Shown: positions 1 through 12,804 of the stretch, one piece after another | Numbering within the stretch: position 1 is the first letter of the stretch | Layout of the letters: each line of letters starts with the position of its first letter | Assembly: GCF_964194155.1 (NCBI RefSeq) | Contig: NC_135898.1 | Span: 3,472,001-3,536,000, forward strand | Direction of reading: 5' to 3' | Length of the DNA: 64,000 nt | Origin: Cetorhinus maximus | Lineage: Eukaryota | Made by a program: the position numbers and the translations under genes | Notes under the pieces: generated by a model | The model's database searches: none | What the model was told of the DNA's origin: nothing | The model's input: only the letters and a program-made list of their open reading frames with translations

Positions 1-120
1 AGCTAAATGAGTCACTATCACCAAAGGAAAGTGGTTGGAAATACCATTTAAGATAGGAATGTGGGCAGAAATTTTGAAACAGCCACAGGCTTCAGGAGAA
101 AAAGTAGCCCAATGACTAAC

Positions 121-231
121 CATTGGCAAGATGGAAAGCTGCAGTGTAGCAATAGGAACGGGTGCACTCTCATCTTCTGGTACTATTTCCACAATGTTCA
201 GCTCATCCTTTGCACCAACCCCCAAACATAT
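121..231 (-). CDS. NPM2: NPM2 coding exon 3 (111 nt, [17 protein letters not shown]...LSILPM)
   Basis: ttttag acceptor and gttagt donor; contains the AKDE loop of the nucleoplasmin core. Confidence 0.93.
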
Positions 232-3200
232 CTAAAAGTTAAAGAGACATATGCTGAACATTAGACTGTCATGTAGAAAAAAAAGCAATTTGTCAACTTA
301 ATACAACTTAGACCTCATTCACAACATGAGCTATTCCTCCATCTGAAAACACTCCCTTCAGGTTGGAGCACCTGTAGCTGGGCATAAGGTAGGTAGGAAG
401 ATCTGTTTTGTCTTTTCTCCCTTGATACAGAATTCCTAACAACATACCATGTTTCCTCCTTCATGCAGGAGTGACTGGTCACACTGATGGTCAGTAACCT
501 TCTTGTATTGCATCCGAACGGTCATTTTTCCTGCATAAAGCTGGACACCATGTGTGAACAGCCAATTTGCACATTGTGTACCGTCCAATCCAAGTTAACT
601 TGGAGCCAATTGTATCACCTGAGTGGCTCAGTACAACAGCAAACCTTTGTCAATAAGCTTTTCAAACTCCACTAGAAAGTTGCAGGTTTTAACGCTGTTT
701 TCAACTCTCCAGGAATTGAAGGTTAACTTCCTGGACTCTGCTGCAAGCAATTCTGGGGGGGGTGGCGGGGGGAAGAAATCATAGGGACTTCACTTTGGGG
801 GAGAAGAAATCATCGGGACTTCACTTTGGGGGAAAAGAAATCATCGGGACTTCACTTTGGGGGAAAAGAAATCATCGGGACTTCACTTTGGGGGAAAAGA
901 AATCATCGGGACTTCACTTTGGGGGAAAAGAAATCATCGGGACTTCACTTTGGGGGAAAAGAAATCATCGGGACTTCACTTTGGGGGAAAAGAAATCATC
1001 GGGACTTCACTTTGGGGGAAAAGAAATCATCGGGACTTCACTTTGGGGGAAAAGAAATCATCGGGACTTCACTTTGGGGGAAAAGAAATCATCGGGACTT
1101 CACTTTGGGGGAAAAGAAATCATCGGGACTTCACTTTGGGGGAAAAGAAATCATCGGGACTTCACTTTGGGGGAAAAGAAATCATCGGGACTTCACTTTG
1201 GGGGAAAAGAAATCATCGGGACTTCACTTTGGGGGAAAAGAAATCATCGGGACTTCACTTTGGGGGAAAAGAAATCATCGGGACTTCACTTTGGGGGAAA
1301 AGAAATCATCGGGACTTCACTTTGGGGGAAAAGAAATCATCGGGACTTCACTTTGGGGGAAAAGAAATCATCGGGACTTCACTTTGGGGGAAAAGAAATC
1401 ATCGGGACTTCACTTTGGGGGAAAAGAAATCATCGGGACTTCACTTTGGGGGAAAAGAAATCATCGGGACTTCACTTTGGGGGAAAAGAAATCATCGGGA
1501 CTTCACTTTGGGGGAAAAGAAATCATCGGGACTTCACTTTGGGGGAAAAGAAATCATCGGGACTTCACTTTGGGGGAAAAGAAATCATCGGGACTTCACT
1601 TTGGGGGAAAAGAAATCATCGGGACTTCACTTTGGGGGAAAAGAAATCATCGGGACTTCACTTTGGGGGAAAAGAAATCATCGGGACTTCACTTTGGGGG
1701 AAAAGAAATCATCGGGACTTCACTTTGGGGGAAAAGAAATCATCGGGACTTCACTTTGGGGGAAAAGAAATCATCGGGACTTCACTTTGGGGGAAAAGAA
1801 ATCATCGGGACTTCACTTTGGGGGAAAAGAAATCATCGGGACTTCACTTTGGGGGAAAAGAAATCATCGGGACTTCACTTTGGGGGAAAAGAAATCATCG
1901 GGACTTCACTTTGGGGGAAAAGAAATCATCGGGACTTCACTTTGGGGGAAAAGAAATCATCGGGACTTCACTTTGGGGGAAAAGAAATCATCGGGACTTC
2001 ACTTTGGGGGAAAAGAAATCATCGGGACTTCACTTTGGGGGAAAAGAAATCATCGGGACTTCACTTTGGGGGAAAAGAAATCATCGGGACTTCACTTTGG
2101 GGGAAAAGAAATCATCGGGACTTCACTTTGGGGGAAAAGAAATCATCGGGACTTCACTTTGGGGGAAAAGAAATCATCGGGACTTCACTTTGGGGGAAAA
2201 GAAATCATCGGGACTTCACTTTGGGGGAAAAGAAATCATCGGGACTTCACTTTGGGGGAAAAGAAATCATCGGGACTTCACTTTGGGGGAAAAGAAATCA
2301 TCGGGACTTCACTTTGGGGGAAAAGAAATCATCGGGACTTCACTTTGGGGGAAAAGAAATCATCGGGACTTCACTTTGGGGGAAAAGAAATCATCGGGAC
2401 TTCACTTTGGGGGAAAAGAAATCATCGGGACTTCACTTTGGGGGAAAAGAAATCATCGGGACTTCACTTTGGGGGAAAAGAAATCATCGGGACTTCACTT
2501 TGGGGGAAAAGAAATCATCGGGACTTCACTTTGGGGGAAAAGAAATCATCGGGACTTCACTTTGGGGGAAAAGAAATCATCGGGACTTCACTTTGGGGGA
2601 AAAGAAATCATCGGGACTTCACTTTGGGGGAAAAGAAATCATCGGGACTTCACTTTGGGGGAAAAGAAATCATCGGGACTTCACTTTGGGGGAAAAGAAA
2701 TCATCGGGACTTCACTTTGGGGGAAAAGAAATCATCGGGACTTCACTTTGGGGGAAAAGAAATCATCGGGACTTCACTTTGGGGGAAAAGAAATCATCGG
2801 GACTTCACTTTGGGGGAAAAGAAATCATCGGGACTTCACTTTGGGGGAAAAGAAATCATCGGGACTTCACTTTGGGGGAAAAGAAATCATCGGGACTTCA
2901 CTTTGGGGGAAAAGAAATCATCGGGACTTCACTTTGGGGGAAAAGAAATCATCGGGACTTCACTTTGGGGGAAAAGAAATCATCGGGACTTCACTTTGAG
3001 GGAAAAGAAATCATCGGGACTTCACTTTGGGGGAAAAGAAATCATCGGGACTTCACTTTGGGGGAAAAGAAATCATCGGGACTTCACTTTGGGGGAAAAG
3101 AAATCATCGGGACTTCACTTTGGGGGAAAAGAAATCATCGGGACTTCACTTTGGGGGAAAAGAAATCATCGGGACTTCACTTTGGGGGAAAAGAAATCAT

Positions 3201-5042
3201 CGGGACTTCACTTTGGGGGAAAAGAAATCATCGGGACTTCACTTTGGGGGAAAAGAAATCATCGGGACTTCACTTTGGGGGAAAAGAAATCATCGGGACT
3301 TCACTTTGGGGGAAAAGAAATCATCGGGACTTCACTTTGGGGGAAAAGAAATCATCGGGACTTCACTTTGGGGGAAAAGAAATCATCGGGACTTCACTTT
3401 GGGGGAAAAGAAATCATAGGGACTTCACTTTGGGGGGAAAGAAATCATAGGGACTTCACTTTGGGGGGAAAGAAATCATAGGGACTTCACTTTGGGGGGA
3501 AAGAAATCATAGGGACTTCACTTTGGGGGGAAAGAAATCATAGGGACTTCACTTTGGGGGGAAAGAAATCATAGGGACTTCACTTTGGGGGGAAAGAAAT
3601 CATAGGGACTTCACTTTGGGGGGGAAGAAATCATAGGGACTTCACTTTGGGGGGGAAGAAATCATAGGGACTTCACTTTGGGGGGGAAGAAATCATAGGG
3701 ACTTCACTTTGGGGGGGAAGAAATCATAGGGACTTCACTTTGGGGGGGAAGAAATCACAGGGACTTCACTTTGCATGCTTTTTATTATTATTTTTATTAC
3801 AAACTGTCAATGGAGGGCGGAAAGAAGTGCTGTTCAACTGGGTGGGGTGGTTTTGATAAAACCTCCAGTCATAGCTCTGACCATCCCTCTGGGAAGAAGG
3901 TACTTTAGGTCAGGTTACGAATTTCCACCCTGGGAGAATGAACGCCTAAGAAGCCAAAAGCTCTACGAAAGCCATGGAGGAGTAATATCAATCTCATTAC
4001 CGTCTTCAAAGCCAGTTGATGTTCACAGAGCTCATCGTCTGTAATTTCAAACTTCTGCGTGGTCTGATCTGCATTCAACTCACAACCTGCAATGAAATCA
4101 ACAATCTGGGCTCAGCTTTAATCACCCCTGCAAGGGAGCAAACAAAAACACCAAAAAAGTTCACTAGACTTCAATCCATTGCTGCTCATCAAGATTCTTG
4201 CCATCAAGAATTCTCAACAGCCATCCACCAAGCCCCCAGAATTTGGACAACTCCCAAGAGATTGCGGAAGGAGTAGAGATCAGAGGTCGGCAGGCATATG
4301 CATTTGGACTTTTGCTCATTTGGAGGGTAACCACAACACAGACTGGTTAGGTCAAAAAGCCCGGATGTCACAGCTCCGTTGTAGCTCAGTAAGTATCAAG
4401 TTGACAGAATCTCAGCTAAGCAACAGTTGGAACACAAACCATGCAGCATTCTCAATATCAAGGGCACATTCCCTCGCTCCAACATCTTGGGCAGCCTTCC
4501 CAATCCTACCCTGCTGTCCAATTACGTCATGGTCATAGTCAAACCCTCAATCCAGAGGGAAGCCCATGGGCTGTCCAGCAGACAGAATAGGCACTTGGGT
4601 AAACTGGAGATTTTTGCGTGTTGGTGGGGGAGGTGGCAGCGGTATGATTGGTTAGAGACAGAGCAAGTAAAACTTAAAACGCAAACCACAGAGATCTTGC
4701 TGTGCAAAACAGGCTGCCACATTTCTTATAGTGCAACAGTGGCTATATCATTGGCTGGAAAGTGCTTTGAGAAGTTTGGAGGTCATGAAAGGTCAGATGG
4801 ATAGTCTTTATGAGAAAGGAGTTCGTGTACCAACTATTATGGAATGTCACAATATCAAGATAAATTATAAAGTAGGATTCGAAACAGTAAAAGCTCAACA
4901 TGTGCATTTGACAATCAAAAGGACAAACCATAAACTTATAAAGTGACAAAATTGATGGTCTGATCAAAGTCACATGTTCCTTACTCCATAAGACAGCAAC
5001 CGGTGCGTCAGATTTGCTGGTGTTACTTTTGTTTGAAGCCAT
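121..5042 (-). CDS. NPM2: Nucleoplasmin-2 (NPM2), 5' part; gene continues past the left edge
   Basis: Spliced GT-AG exons 5042-4985, 4086-4001 and 231-121 give [85 protein letters not shown]. This is collinear with Xenopus nucleoplasmin (MASTVSNTSK..IWGCELN..CEHQLALRTVCLGDKAKDE..VPIATLKPSILPM). It lies downstream of XPO7 on the same strand, as in human. Confidence 0.93.
767..3773. repeat. 31-bp minisatellite, ~97 copies (GGGGGAAAAGAAATCATCGGGACTTCACTTT), in an NPM2 intron
   Basis: Near-perfect tandem array of 3007 bp with a 31-bp period; variant units at both ends. Confidence 0.99.
4001..4086 (-). CDS. NPM2: NPM2 coding exon 2 (86 nt, [28 protein letters not shown])
   Basis: ttgcag acceptor and gtaatg donor; phase is consistent with the neighbouring exons. 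Confidence 0.92.
4985..5042 (-). CDS. NPM2: NPM2 coding exon 1 (58 nt, [19 protein letters not shown]-)
   Basis: ATG at 5042-5040; donor A|GTAAGG; pyrimidine-rich acceptor just upstream at 5054-5055. Confidence 0.9.
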
Positions 5043-5179
5043 TCTTGAGTGTTCTAAATAAAAAAAAGACAAAAAGACCCTGTCAGCAAATTTCAACTTA
5101 ACCGAGAGGTAAAGGCCAAATGCATGATAATACAGCAGGCCCAGAAAGGGACTCCATCGCAGGAGCAGAGGGGGATAAG

Positions 5180-5265
5180 TTTCACAATCCTCCTCCCTCC
5201 CACTCCACAACCTGACATCGCCTTCTCGCCAACCAATCAGACCTGACAGTCCAACCTCTGCCACC
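5180..5265 (-). promoter_or_regulatory. Possible NPM2 proximal promoter with a CCAAT box
   Basis: aaCCAATcag at ~5231-5240, about 190 bp upstream of the NPM2 ATG and next to a CpG-containing repeat. The TSS cannot be determined. Confidence 0.35.
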
Positions 5266-5945
5266 CGAGCCCGAACCCCACAGCCCAGCCCCCCGCCGCC
5301 CGAGCCCCACAGCCCAGCCCCCCGCCGCCCGAGCCCCACAGCCCCGCCCCCCGAGCCCCACAGCCCCGCCCCCCGAGCCCCACAGCCCCGCCCCCCGAGC
5401 CCCACAGCCCAGCCCCCCGAGCCCCACAGCCCAGCCCCCCGAGCCCCACAGCCCAGCCCCCCGAGCCCCACAGCCCAGCCCCCCCGAGCCCCACAGCCCA
5501 GCCCCCCCGAGCCCCACAGCCCAGCCCCCCCGAGCCCCACAGCCCAGCCCCCCGAGCCCCACAGCCCAGCCCCCCGAGCCCCACAGCCCAGCCCCCCGAG
5601 CCCCACAGCCCAGCCCCCCGAGCCCCACAGCCCAGCCCCCCGAGCCCCACAGCCCAGCCCCCCGCCGCCCGAACCCCACAGCCCAGCCCCCCGCCGCCCG
5701 AACCCCACAGCCCAGCCCCCCGCCGCCCGAACCCCACAGCCCAGCCCCCCGCCGCCCGAACCCCACAGCCCAGCCCCCCGCCGCCCGAACCCCACAGCCC
5801 AGCCCCCCGCCGCCCGAACCCCACAGCCCAGCCCCCCGCCGCCCGAACCCCACAGCCCAGCCCCCCGCCGCCCGAACCCCACAGCCCAGCCCCCCGCCGC
5901 CCGAACCCCACAGCCCAGCCCCCCCGCCGCCCGAACCCAAACCCA
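5265..5945. repeat. GC-rich minisatellite (CCCCACAGCCCAGCCCCCC[GCCGCC]CGA[A/G], 21-28 bp units) upstream of NPM2
   Basis: Tandem units are directly visible; the - strand is G-run rich. Confidence 0.95.
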
Positions 5946-8900
5946 ACAACCCAGCCTCCACCACCCATAAGACCATAAGACAGAGGAGCAGAAATTAGGC
6001 CAATCGGCCCATCGAGTCTGCTCCGCTGACATGGCTGATAAGTTTCTCAACCCCAGTCTCCTGCCTTCTCCCTGTAACCTTTGATCCCCTTACCAATCAA
6101 GAACCTATCTATCTCGGTCTTAAATACACTCAATGACCTGGCCTCCACAGCCTTCTGTGGCATTGAATTCCATAGATTCACCACTCACATGCACTCACAG
6201 TCAGTTTCTCAATGACTTGTGGGGGCAGAGGGGAGTGGGGGAAGCATTAGACTGTCTTAAACCTGTTGAGCCAACAGACCCAAAAAAAATAAAAGCAGTA
6301 ACTAACCCATCCCATCCCCAGGGTAAAAGTTGCAGGCAACACTTGCTGTTGGAAACTTGTAACATTTTCCAGAAGGTATCATTTAGCTCTCCACACCCCA
6401 GACTCTGTCAACAGCTGTCAATGGTATTGCATTAGGAACCACTGCACAAACCACCTAGAACAATGTTCACACGTTACTGACCAACATTGTACATTCACCA
6501 TAGAGATAGCCACTATTAAAACTATCAGCTATACTTACCCGTGCGTAATTACAGAATTTAACAGAGAAAGAAACAGAACAGCTTTCACTCTCAGGGTTTT
6601 ACAGCTAAAGCTGTTGTCATGTCAGGTGGAAGCAATTGATTGCTCTGTGGATTAATACCAATTAAAGGGGAAAGGGCTTCATTTTTAACCATTTCAGTGC
6701 CACACTCTCCACATCATTAAAGAAAAATCTTGCATTTATATAGTGCCTTTCGCACATCCTAAAACAATTTAGAGCCAATGAAGTACTTTTGAAGTGTTGT
6801 TGTTGTAATAGAGGAAACTTAGCAGCCATTTTGCACACAGCAAGATCCAACAAAAAGTAATGAGATAAATGATCAGATCATGTTTTTCTAGAGATGCTAA
6901 TTTAGGAATAAATATGGGTTCAGGACACTGGGGAGAACTCCCCTGCTCTTCTTCAATGAGTGGCTGTGGGTTCTTTTGTGTGCACTAGAAAGGGCAGACA
7001 GGGCCTCAGTTTAATGTCTGATCCAAGATATGGCACATCTGGCAATCAGTGTTGGCCCTGGGAGTGTCAGTCCAGATTAGGTGCTCAAGTCTCAAATTCA
7101 GATCCAATTAGCTGAATAAGCTCATTTCCATTGTCCATCACCCTGCATCCTTTGCTGCCCCAAAATCTCTGTCCCCCATTTCTCCCAAAGCTCACCATCC
7201 TGATTGCTGCTTCTCCAACATGGTTTTCTGACATCATTTATTACATTACAGGAGGCATTGTAAATGTATGTCATTGTTCCCAGGACTTCTCGCCCATAAT
7301 TGACTCCTCACTGGGTAAGGTCCCATGGAAGTGACTGCTCACTTCAGTAACACACCCATCCATTTGTGAACCAAAATTTCAGCAAACTTGGTGTCTGTTT
7401 GACCCTGAGATAAATTTCCAACCCCATATTCTCTAAGTTACTGTAACATAGTCTTGTTTCATCTGCTGCTGGAAGACACAACAATGGCTTTGTTTCCTCT
7501 AAACTCAACTATTCAATGCTGTCTTTGCCTGCTTCTCACATTCCATCCTCCATAAGCTAGAACACATCTGTATGCTAATTCACACAAACGTCCGTTCACC
7601 CATCGCCCCCTGTGCTTGATAATTTACATTAACTCCTGGTCCAGAAACGTTCCATTTGATCATTTTCATCATTATTTTTAAATCCTTCCAGGGCTTTCCC
7701 CTCCCAATCTCTATAACCTCCTACAGCCCTGTAACCCTCCGAGAAGTCTACATTCCTGTAATTTTGGACTGTTGAGCAAACCAAATTTCCTTTGCTCTGC
7801 TTTTGGAGTCCATGCATTCAGTTGCTTAGACCCTAAGGGTTTGGAATTCCCTCCTCCTTCTTTCCTCCTTAACACCTACCTCTTTGACCAAACAATTGGC
7901 CACATTTCCTAATGTCCTTATATAGTTCGGTGTCAGATTTTATTAATATCTCTCCTAGGAAGAGTTTTGGGTTGTTTTCCTGTGTTAATAGCACTGTTTA
8001 AATGCAAGTTTGGTTGTCAATTTTGACAGTTTGCCTATGGCAGAGAGAAGGACTTCACAGCTGAGTCTGAAGCTGTCTTCATCCAGCATTCAAACACAAG
8101 GGTTCCAGGATAGCAATCAGGACAGGCAGCCCCAACTGAACAAACTCCCTGTGTGCCCCTCCTCACATAGCCTGAGCCCTGTAAGATGCTGCTTTCTGAC
8201 CTTAACAGGTTACTCTCAGATTTGGACACATGAATTATGAGAAATAATGAGACACCACTCAAACCTTTGACTAAACACTTTACTGGGCTTGTCAGAGATC
8301 TAAATTAGCAATAAAATGCCAAGACAAAGCAATACAATTCCTCATTTAACTATCAAGCAGTTAGCCCTGGAGTACAATGCCAGATGTGTTACCAGAGATT
8401 ATACATACAATCACCCGTGAGTGGTCACTTCACATTGATTGTAGTTCCTTCTGTGACTGACCAGGCCACCCTACCTTCCTACCTCAGCAACAAGGTTCCT
8501 TTTGCAACTTTTATCTCTTTCAATAATGAACCAGATGTTACACTGACAAGACCACATTGTCCTATCAAAATCCTCCTTAGGCTACAATGTTCAATCTTTG
8601 TCAAGTTCTTTGTTTAAACCATGGAGTTGGAGCCTGCTATGTCATTGTCCACCTTTCTGAAACGTTCTTCAGTAAATTTTTATCACTGTTGGTGCAGCAG
8701 ATATCTTCAGATTTTTCCCATTTAAGTCAGTTGAATTGGCATTCTTTCCAATTTATGCTGGCGCTAGATCCTCTTATCAAACCTCATGGTCAGTTAATTT
8801 GTATCTTGTTTTACAGAACTCCCAAGGCCTGCTTCCTCAATTCAAACACACATAGAGTATCATGACTCCCTTTCAGACTGATACTGGTTTCTGGTTTGAA

Positions 8901-9065
8901 CAGTTGCTTAGGAAACAAAATTATCCTTAATCCTCAGAATGTGTCAGATCAGTGAATTTTTCAGTAGGAGGTTTCTTTTTAGTACAGACCTTGGCCTCCT
9001 AAGACATGCTGCTAAATTTGGTCAAGTTCCTGTACAACTGGGCTAAAGTAAATAACACTTTGTAT

Positions 9066-10308
9066 TGTTATGACTGGTGAGAACACATGTCAGGACTTAA
9101 CCTTTCTTTCCCACCTATTGATTAATAGCAACAGGGTTTTTTTGTAATTTATGAGCGTGAAGGTATTAATTCAGTGTCTGTACATAACAACTTAAGCGCT
9201 CATTGCAAAGAACTGAATCTGACAGACTTTCTTCAATTTAACCTCAAAGGAGTTTGTTTTTATTATACTCAAAACCCACCCAGGTAAAGATATGAAGACA
9301 TTTAAAAAAGGTAAACACACATCCCGACCTTTGCAACACACACTCACAAGCATGCAAAATTACAAATTTTACAGCAGAGGAGGTTACTGTTTGGCCAAAT
9401 TAAGATTCAATGATAAAAGGTAAAAAAAAAATAGTTCATTGTTTATGAGTCCTTCACTGTTATTATGGCTGAGGCAGTTTTTTTCACGGTGGCCTTGATT
9501 CCAGTGGGGATGAGGCCGATATAAACTTTAATTTCTGGAGACAATCCCTCTTAAACGTAATCCGTTCTTTCCAAAAGTCGATGATATTGCACCTGAGGTT
9601 CCTTTCGATTGAAATGCTCTATCTCTGTGATGGATTCCACAATATTACAGAGATAGGGCTCTGAACTGGAGAACAGGGGAGAGAAAAAGATAGTGTTACT
9701 GCTCCATTTTCAGACTCCTTCTTCTAGACTGTATATAAAAGACAATTCAAAATGGATATTCTGGTGACATGAACTCTCTCCCCATAAGTAGTTGGGTACT
9801 CCACAGAAATTAATTGATTAGCTCATGCTTTGACAGGCCTTGTTTACTGTGTTATGGCTGAGGTGATTAATTTCTTTAATGTCCTACTGAATTGACCATT
9901 CTTCCATGTGATGAGCTAGAAAGAACACCTCCTGTACATCCATTGTTCCAGTAAACTTTCTATCTTTACCTGACAGGTAGCTTTGTAGAAATGCAAATGG
10001 TGAGAGCCAATTACAAGTTTCAGTTCATCTTTGAAGTAATTCTTGACATCAGCAGGTGTGAAATTCAATAGGGGGTTTGCCTTGGCATGCCCTAATTGTA
10101 ATCCACATTGGAAACCTCCAGCAACTGATGGACTTGTTATACCAGAACTGTTATGTCACCTGTTGCAGCCATCTTAAGTCAGTGTCTTTGCTTACTTTAT
10201 AAAAGTGCTTTTAAAGAAGTTCTATATATATATATATATATACACACATTTGACCTGCCAATGAAATTAAAGATTAATATTACATGCACATGTCACATCA
10301 TCATGACA
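9066..10308 (-). mobile_element. Solo-LTR-like element (Gypsy-like termini)
   Basis: Termini TGTTATGA...TCATGACA form a short inverted repeat (TG..CA). Flanks GTAT/GCAT look like a 4-bp TSD with one mismatch. It shares the GTCATAACA end with the element at 20094-21547. Confidence 0.55.
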
Positions 10309-10374
10309 GCATCACATTTACATTGTTGATGTACCTAGATTGGATAGCTTTTGCAGGTCTTAATCACAAGGTTC

Positions 10375-10855
10375 GGATAGATATCAGCTTTCTCATCTAC
10401 AAGAGGAGAATACAGATAGATATCAACCTGTATCCTCGACATGAGGAGAATACAGATAGATATCAGCTTGTCTCATCTGCAAGAGGAGAATATAGAAAGA
10501 TATTAGCCTGTCTCATTGGCATGAGGAGAATAGATAGATATCAGCCTGTCTCATCGACACAAGGAGAATACAGAGATATCAGCCTGTCTCATCATCACGA
10601 GGAGAATACAGAAAGATATCAGTCTGTCTCATCGACATGAGTTTATAAATAGATATCAGCCTGTCTCATTGACACAAGAATACAGATATGTCTGTCTTAT
10701 CGACACGAGGAGAATACAGATAGATATCAGTCTGTCTCATCGACACAAGGAGAATACAGATAGATATCAGTCTGTCTCATTGACACGAGTTTATAGATAT
10801 CAGCCTGTCTCATCGACATGAGAATACAGATAGATATCAGTCTGACACGAGGAAT
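10375..10855. repeat. Degenerate ~40-bp tandem repeat, ~12 copies (GATAGATATCAGCCTGTCTCATCGACACAAGGAGAATACA)
   Basis: Recurrent GATATCAG..TGTCTCATCGACA..GAGAATACA units. Confidence 0.9.
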
Positions 10856-12804
10856 ACTATTTATGATATCTGAGCTGTATTTTGATTACTTATCAATTAT
10901 TTTGTCTGTTTATTCAATAAAAGTATTGAAACATATTTTAGGTGAAGATGAATTGGATTCAAAGAAGGGCTGTCATTAACATTTCATTTATATAGTTTCT
11001 GCAGTTCTCTGGCATGCCACTTGGGAGTAAAACAGTCACACGAGTGAGCACAGCAACCATTCGGTGCAAAGGAAAATCCCACAAACATGCAATGACTAAT
11101 CAGTTAATCTTTGTTTTGGGTGGTGTTGGACACCAGGAGAATTCCTTGTCCTTTAACTGTGGTATCTTTTACGTCAGTCTTTTGTAAGATGTGACGAAAC
11201 CTAGATTTAACGCCTCCTCCATCCAGCAACACCTCCAAACGATGCCAGTGCAGATTGTGTGGTCCAGTCATGAAGTGGTCTTTAAAGCCACAACCCCCTG
11301 AAGCAAGAAGGGAGGCAACAGTCCAAATGTGAAGGAGTAGATTTTATTATCAGTTCAAAGTCTAGGATCACTTATGTAAGTTGAGGAGTAATAACTTATC
11401 TTACACTTTACAGGATGGAGAATTGGGAGTAGATCAGCTTGCTACAGTTGAAGAGCTAACTTCACTCAGCAATGATGGGCTGAACGGAAGTCGATGTTTG
11501 TTTCAGTGCAGTTACAGCCATTTGAAAAGCAATTCGTGCTTTCATCCATTCTGTATTGCTGATAATTTGTATGTTAGAATATTAATAGTCAATGGCTTTA
11601 ACCATAAACAACTGGCATCAATATTACTGGTGAATGCTATTTAATAAAGAACGATGCAAAGTATTTTCAAAGGTCATGGAGAAGTAACCATGAGTGGCCC
11701 TTCATTCTGAACAACTGGCAACTCGGGTGGCCCTTGCTGTAACCGTCTGGGGTTCTTACCAATTGCCTTCCATCTTTCTTTGTCACAGGATTAATGTCTG
11801 CATTGATCAGATACCCTCTGATACGTCATCTCAGCGGCATCCGATTAGACTGTTCTATTCTGGAAGGCATCGGCCTACTGCTTTCACCCAGTACACCTAC
11901 AGTCCCAATGAGCCTGCTTATGCCTTGAAAAAATAAGTCAATCAACTAGGCAAGTTATTTTTATTTGTTCATTATTGAATTCACAAGGAAGTACATTCAG
12001 CTGTATATCTTATGTAAGTTTACATTCCTCAAAATAGTTCATCAAGCAAAGAATGGATCATAGTGAGACTGGGTGAAACAATCCAAAAACCAAGGTTGAT
12101 ATTCACAATGTGGTACTGAGGGACTGCTGCACAAAGGTACCTTCTTCCAGGTGAGATGCTAAACCAGTGCCCTGTCGGCTCTCTGAGGTGGACAGAAATG
12201 ATCACAGTGCACTCTTACAAGAGCAGGAAAGTGTCCTGGTCAATATTTATCCCTCAGCCAACATCACTAAAACAGATTAACTGGCCACTTATCTCATTGC
12301 CGTTAAATACAACCTTGCGGTGAGCAAGTTGGTTGCCATGTTTATCTATGTTACACCATCTTGAAGTTGTGAAAGGAGCTATCTAAAGGCCAGTTCCTTC
12401 CTAAAGTCCATCTCTAATGGGGATTAGATGCAAGCCGTTTCCTCGACCAGAAACTTGAGCATACAATCTTGGCTGATGCTACAGTACAATACTGGGATTA
12501 GTGCTGCACTGTTGGGAGGGTCATGTCCTTTGGCCAATGTACCCCTCTCAATCAAAAAGGTACTGGATGGCCAATTCATCTCGTTGCGTTTTGCGGGATC
12601 TTGATGTGTACAATCTCGCAGTATTTAAAAAGTCTATCACAGAGAAAGACATGAGAGAATTCAGCTGAATTGGATCCTTTCTAGTTCTTCTACATTGAAA
12701 TTAATGCATTTCTCTCCCTGTGTCCTGAACAGGTACAGTGACACAAAGTGACGGTGAGCAATGTGGAGAGAGAGGCAAGATTCCATGAAACAAAAACAAG
12801 ACGA

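Noticed and set aside
762-3481. 745-874 aa repetitive ORFs in all three + frames
   Set aside because: An artefact of a stop-free 31-bp unit: the period is not divisible by 3, so every frame gives the same peptide. The array lies antisense within an NPM2 intron.
767-3773. CRISPR-like array
   Set aside because: There are no unique spacers and no cas genes, and the context is eukaryotic. It is a plain tandem repeat.
4743-6050. 435-aa Gly-rich ORF (keratin-associated-like)
   Set aside because: It is a translation of the GC-rich minisatellite; only the 4985-5042 portion is a real NPM2 exon.
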